A stretch of 64,000 nucleotides of DNA. It comes from Macrostomum lignano (taxonomy: Eukaryota). The translations under genes and the position numbers were made by a program. The notes under the pieces are model-generated. The model had not been told where the DNA came from, did not search any database, and saw only the letters and a program-made list of their open reading frames with translations. The first letter of the stretch is position 1, and each line of letters starts with the position of its first letter. The stretch is taken from assembly GCA_002269645.1 (NCBI GenBank), contig NIVC01001157.1, positions 248,001-312,000 of the forward strand, given 5' to 3'. Positions 58,032 through 64,000 of the stretch are shown in pieces.

Positions 58032-58424
58032 TCAAATTTGAGGTTGCTGCAACAACTCATCCGCTGCCTCTTCATCCAGCTTCTTCATGACTTCCGGCAG
58101 ATGTTGTATGCACGACCGAATCTGATACAGTGATAGCGTGCAGACATGTAGGCGTGGATGTGCCTGTGCCAAACTCGCAAGCTTCATTAGAAAGTTGATC
58201 CACGCATTGCTGAAGCGGGTGGATTTCTTTAGTTCCTTGAACTGATTCTTCGAGAGATGACGCTTCATATTGTTGTAAATTGCTCCTGCTTGGATGCCAT
58301 ACTTGACTCCATAGTTATTAAGACGCTTCAGCTTGTTGAATATCTGGATAAGTTGATCCTTTACAACATGAATAGTAAATCTACCAGTACAGAATTCTTC
58401 ATTCGATGGATCCCGAGCATCCAC
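58032..58424 (-). CDS. All-helical ORF family member (130 aa)
   Basis: GIQAGAIY...FSNAWINFLMKLASLAQAHPRLHVCTLSL. Homologous to 756-1010 and, at the PxLxxC motif, to 23286 and 50458. Confidence 0.65.
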   Translation of the reverse strand: MDARDPSNEEFCTGRFTIHVVKDQLIQIFNKLKRLNNYGVKYGIQAGAIYNNMKRHLSKNQFKELKKSTRFSNAWINFLMKLASLAQAHPRLHVCTLSLYQIRSCIQHLPEVMKKLDEEAADELLQQPQI

Positions 58425-58907
58425 AGGTTCGCACGATGTGCGGAAAATCTTCTTCAGTTCCTCGATTCGAGCTTCTTTTTCATTAGAGGTTTTAGGTAGG
58501 CTATCCGTGATAGTGGATAAAGGAAACCGTACTCTTGCTAAACCTAATTAAACCTAAATATTTATTTGAATATTTTAATATATTTTTACTTTTTGAGTTA
58601 GTAGTACTAGGTTTATCGTTTATGTCTATTTAATACTATTGAAATTCCCTAAGTTTATTAATTTATTTAGTATGTTTAATTTATCTAATCTAGTTAAAGC
58701 CTTGATAAATCATCTTATAATTTTTATTGGGCTTTTATTTTATTCTTTATTTATATCTAGACTTAGTCCTATTCTATATTGTTTTATCATCAAGTATTTT
58801 AATGCTATTAGCCATTAATCATATTAATGCTTGTAACCAAATTAAATAAATGCTATTTTATTTTTTCAGCTAATTATTGGTCACTTCATTTCTAACCTTT
58901 CTTTAAA

Positions 58908-60880
58908 ATGGAAGAAGAGTTTTTTGATGCTTTGGCCACTTTCAATTGTTTGAATGATCTTGATGAGCATAATGTACCATGCCATGAAGAAAGTTTGTCA
59001 AGTGCTAATATTGGCCCAAGTCAAAATGAAGAGCATTATCTAGTGGCCCATGATGTGCATGAACTAGGCATAAGTGATGAATCAACTAGTCTGGATAGAC
59101 AAGGAGCAGCACCGTGCTTTCTGCAATTGCCTAATGTATTGCAACTTGAGAGTAGTGTCCATCTGACAATGTGCATGGCAATAATGTACATTATTGCTAA
59201 TCTTGGCTTGACAGAATTAAGCATTGATTCTATATTACAAGTCCTAGCTGCTGGTAATTTGCTAACCCAGCCTTTAACATTAAGGCGAGTTAAGTCTATT
59301 GTACGCAAAGCTCTGAAACCAGAGATGTGGATCTCCATGAAGGAAGTTTGCACCAATGCTAGTTGTTCTAAATTGTTTCCTTCTGAAAAATGCTGTGGAA
59401 CCATGACAAGTAAAAATGCTTATCTTGACTTCAAATTTCAACTACATCTGATTCTAGAACAGCACTTTCAAACAATCTTGGATTACTCAACAAGTAAAGA
59501 AATGAAGACTGATATTCTAAAAGATGTTCCTAAAAGTATGGAACCTCTTATGATTTATTTTCATTTCTCAACAGATGGAGCAAAACTCTATTCATATTCA
59601 TCGCAATCTATTTGGCCCGTGCAAGCACCAATTTTGAATCTGCCCCCAGCATTACGGTCAAAGGTGGAGAACACAATCATGTTAGCTGTGTTCATTGGTG
59701 GACAAAAGCCTAAGTGGTCCGAATTCCTTGATGAATATCTGGCAAAAATTGGTTTTAGCCAGATGCACAAATTTTTAATTCACAACTGTATTGTTCCTGT
59801 CAAGTTTGAAATTTTCGCAGCAGTTTTTGATTTGCAATGGCAAGTGTAATCAACCATAAAAGCTACACTGGTCAATTTGGATCTCTTTTTTGTGATGCTT
59901 CTGGTCATGGAGTTAAAGTTGGCAAAGGTCATTCTATGAAGTTTCCAGTCTTGGGAAATTTTGTCACCAATTCAATTTATAAGCAACGTCTTCAAGCAAT
60001 TGTACAATCTGGCTGCAAATCATCACTTTTTGGTATTAAAGGTGTATCAATACTTTTTAGAGTTCTGTAGGATTCCTGAAAATGTGTTGATTGATTCACT
60101 TCATCTCTTGTATGAAAACTGTACAAAAACAATTTTGAAGTATCAATTTGAAACTCAGAACTGGCAAAAGTCATTTTACCTTGGTCGAAGTCATGAGCCT
60201 ATTAATAAACTACTGCATAGTGCAATTGTGCCTGCATATTTAACTTTTCCTCACAATATTGAGGAGCGTGCTTTTTGGAAAGCTCGAGACTACAAATTTA
60301 TTGCAATTAATTTTTTCCAGTTTTGGCTCTTAACCTTAAGCAAAGAGACAAGCATGATCATGCTAATTCTCTGCTGCTTTTTTCTATTATTTGTCGAGTT
60401 TCAAATCATGTTGATGCCTCTTCTTATTCTTATCAGTTGGATAAAATAATACACTTTTTCCTATCAACTATTGGAAATGTTTTTGATAGTAACATTTATG
60501 CTATGAATTTTCATCTTCTTTTTCACATTTTTCCACAGATTAAAAAGTTTGGGCCATTAGGAAGGTGTTCTATGTTTTCATTTGAAAACAATTTTCTATC
60601 AATTAAAAAGTTTTGTCGAGGCACACGCTACCATCTGAAGCAGACTTGTGAAAAAACTATTTTAACTAAAATGTGTTCTTTGGTTGTTTCAAAATCAAAT
60701 TTTGCTGGTAAAGAAAAACTTTTATCATTGCTTGACTTTCCAAGAAGTTGTGGTGGTACCAAGCAAATAGCATTTATTTCAAGCAAGTGTATTAGCATTG
60801 ATGGTCATAAAATGTATGCATTTAGTCCTAGTTCAAACAAGTCATGCTACTACTTTTTTTCACAATCATTCATTTGGTAA
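58908..60880 (+). pseudogene. EnSpm/CMC (CACTA-type) transposase
   Basis: STDGA...SIWPV...ILNLPP.LR, GGQKP, GIKGVS, VLIDSLH, KARDYK, NFHLLFH...FGPL...SMFSFEN. Frameshifts and a stop are present; TIRs not located. Confidence 0.85.
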
Positions 60881-61902
60881 GGTTTTGAATTTTTTAACAA
60901 TGATTCAGTTGATGCTCTTGTTCAACTGTATGATCCTATTGATGAGCCATTTTTCAATTTCCAGCATATTGATGAATCTGTTGCCAATGCCATTGATTTC
61001 TTTGTAAATAGTTTTTTTTTTCATAGGTAAGCCATCAACAACTGAATGCATGTATCCTGTTTCGGAAATAAAATGTTCCTGTGTCGCCTATGTGAATCCC
61101 CAGTCAACACTTTTACTAGTTGATGACTTAGTGCCAGACTATGGGTGAAACCATTTTATTTCACTATTTAATTAAACACATTAGCATCGTTTTTGGTTGC
61201 CTAAACTTGACTATTTTAAAACTGCAAAGTAAGGCTAATTCTGCACTAACTCTATATCAGTTTTGTGAATTTAAAAATAATCTGGCTTCACTTTTGGTGC
61301 TCCAGTTGGTTATAATTTTTTTGAACAATGTCCAAAAGCATTTTCTAACATTCTTTGCAACTGAAACTGTTTCAAACTCCTTTAAATGCTACCATAATTT
61401 TTTAAATTAAATTTGCTATATTGTACAACCATTCATGAAAGCAATTGTTAATAAAGTGGATGCATATGGTAATAACTTGTGTTTACAAGTTGCCTCTACT
61501 TTTTTCTCCATGTTTTCTTTTTAAGGAGATTAGATAGAGTGAAGTATGTCAAATTAAAATTACTCACTATTAAGGATGTGCAAACATAAATGAGCGCCCT
61601 CCCCCTTTCGCAGAGACTAGAAAAAAATCTAGAGGGGGCTAGCAAATTTTTGCCAAAATACAGAGCCACATCCTCCACCTCACTCCTGGGTCCACCACCC
61701 CCTTGAAAAATTTGTGGTAGTGCTACTGGTTATATATTTCTTAAATAATAAATATTTTTTAATTTGTGCATATCAAATATATATGATAATCGAAATAATG
61801 AAATGTAACTTATTTTGATTCTACTACACTTTATATTAAATGTAAATGTTTAAGACAGGTTAATTATATTTTTTTTTCAACCAAAATTTCATTTCAGCTG
61901 CA

Positions 61903-63106
61903 ATGAACCGGTTGCGAAGAGCTCCTAGGGAAATTGGTGATGCATTTTCCAGCGCCACATTCAACCATTTGCTACTATGGTTTAGCAAAACCAATCGCCA
62001 TAGCGGTGCAATGTATATTAACTCTGCTCCATTTCGGCATCTCTCTTCTTCTGAGAAGTCCAGGCTCCGAGAGGGACAAACTATCAAGATCCGCGACAGC
62101 GAAGGTTATCACGAGGCCATTATCCTTAAGCTAGGCAGCTACAATGATATAAAAAAAGCTGAAGAACGCGTTGAAGAGTATGCTGAGTCAGGAATGGCTA
62201 CAGACGCCATTATTGAGACATTGGGTAATGACAATGAGGTGGAAAGTGAGAGCAGCGATGCTGACAGAATCGACAGCGATGACGAGGTTAATGACGAGAC
62301 TTACGTACCGGCGCCCCCCCAAGGACAGAACTGAGCTGACAGCTGGCATTCATGAAAGAAGCGCAGCAACAGCGGTTGCTGCGACAGAGTGTCGTGAGCC
62401 GTCTGTGCACAAAGCTATGGCTGCTGAAATTGAGAAAGAGCAACATCTGCTTGCTAATTTTTCAAAAAGACCTCACCTCGAGGAGCACTCGTTACGTCAT
62501 TTGCAATCTAGAAGTTCTGGGCCTATCTCAACGCCTCCCTGTGAAAATGAAAACACTTCAAGAAAGGCATCATCTTCTAGTGTCATAACACCAAATGCCA
62601 CTAAAGAAACACCAAAAAGGCAGTCCACAGCCGAGATCAATCAGCAGGCCACATCTTCAACACAACTTCTTCTGCTAGAAGCGCGTGTTCAAACAAGCAT
62701 TTTAAAGCAAATTCTCAACAAGACGGAAGAAAACAGTTTATTAATAAGAGACATTCTAGCCCCACGCGAGAAACTGGAGCGTGTCGATAAAATTTTTATC
62801 AGCCACGATGGTTCCAACTTCAGGCTATCGCAGCTACCGTCTCAACCTACGACTTTTGCACGTGACTTCGTTTTAAAAAAGTATGGCAAAGACTATTGCA
62901 AACAGGCTATTGTCGAGCCTAAGTCCAAATCCGAGCGTGTTGTCATGTGTCCTGAAGACGTCCAGGAAATAAAGGACCTTCTTTCCAACTGGTTCGAGTC
63001 ATTCAGTTGGAGCGCTGTTCGCTCGTCTCTCAACCAGATGTTTAGAGATATGACAACTAAAGCTAAAAAAGCTGGCTCATCCGATCAGGATCCAGTCAAG
63101 GACTAG
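61903..63106 (+). pseudogene. Second ORF of the EnSpm/CMC element with a C-terminal BEN-like domain
   Basis: Frameshift in a C-run near 62315 joins two ORFs. The C-terminus TTFARDFVLKKYG...VQEIKDLL...VRSSLNQMFRD fits a BEN-type helical pattern. Confidence 0.55.
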
Positions 63107-64000
63107 CAGAAATATGTTGGGAAGCATGCCAAGCTAACGCGTAAAGTTTTTAGTGAATTGAACATTTCTCTCAACAAAACATTAACATAGTAAATTTAAA
63201 TCAAACGCAATTTATTTAAGCTATTTTTTCTACTTTTTTGGCTATAAGAAAGTATAAAAATTGTATTGTTTGATTTTTTCAATTGTTTTTATTAAATATA
63301 ATTATTTTGTTTCTTTTTGTCTGATTTTGTCTGCTCCCAGTTAAATACTACTCGTATTACAATAGCCATTTCGTTACATCCACCTATACTAAACGTCTTA
63401 TTATACTATTATTATTGTTATGGTAGCTAAAACTCCCGCTAAAAATTCTGCTGCTTCTTTGTTTGATTCGACTTGCCAGATTCAGCGCTGCTTTCAGAAA
63501 CCAAAGAAGCAGCACAAAAAACTTTAGGGAAAATTCTTGGTGCGTCGTCTTTGTCTGCTTTCTGCGCTGATTCCGCACAATTTAAGTGGACTTCAGTAGC
63601 TTATTATTCGGTTACTTCTTTTACATTTTCGAGATATGGCTGCTATGGGCTGACTCCAGCCAAATTAGTTGCGGCAAAGACGTAAACGAATTTTTAGCGG
63701 GCTATTATACTGTACTTTAAATGGCATCATTATATTTATAATTGTAATAAATAAATTTATTCAATCTTTTCTTGCGCCAACAAACAACTACATTCATTTT
63801 AACCAAATGTCTTAATCTGAAGTTTTTATGGTCAATTTTGACAATAACTTTTTAGGTAAAGCTAAACTTTGGTACATACTCGTATATTTAAATAAACATG
63901 AATAATTTTAACTTTTTTAGTTTAATTTATCTTCATGTGACGAATAAAGCGGAAGACTTTGTGTAGCGGATAATTGGGATTAATCTACGATCCAGCAGAT

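Overview
This is a eukaryotic, probably invertebrate, window with no recognisable host gene. It is a dense nest of mobile DNA dominated by relics of several Polinton/Maverick (adintovirus-like) lineages. The central structure is an 11.5-kb Polinton-type element (9510-21005; AGTAGT termini, ~355-bp TIRs, 6-bp TSD CACCAC) inserted into the intron-containing protein-primed DNA polymerase B gene of a second, GC-rich Polinton. The inner element carries decayed PLA2-integrase, Zn-finger/HNH, major capsid, pPolB N-terminal and core-protein genes, plus a 4-kb fold-back inverted duplication containing a tandem PC4-like ssDNA-binding gene. Its TIRs are themselves ~295-nt hairpins (AGTAGT...ACTACT). The same hairpin-end design recurs as ~97-nt units in another family (43865-43960, 49225-49323) that lies next to a primase-polymerase gene. 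Other Polinton pieces include two copies of a helical-ORF/PLA2/integrase block, an adenain-type protease, a fibre-repeat gene and, at the window edge, a dUTPase of uncertain origin. Conventional TEs are a mariner with an intact D,D34D ORF, a full-length hAT with an 8-bp TSD sitting in the RNase H of a DIRS/Ngaro-type retroelement, a second DIRS/Ngaro fragment, two Gypsy relics, and an EnSpm/CMC-type element with a BEN-like second ORF. All protein assignments are by eye from motifs; no database searches were run.
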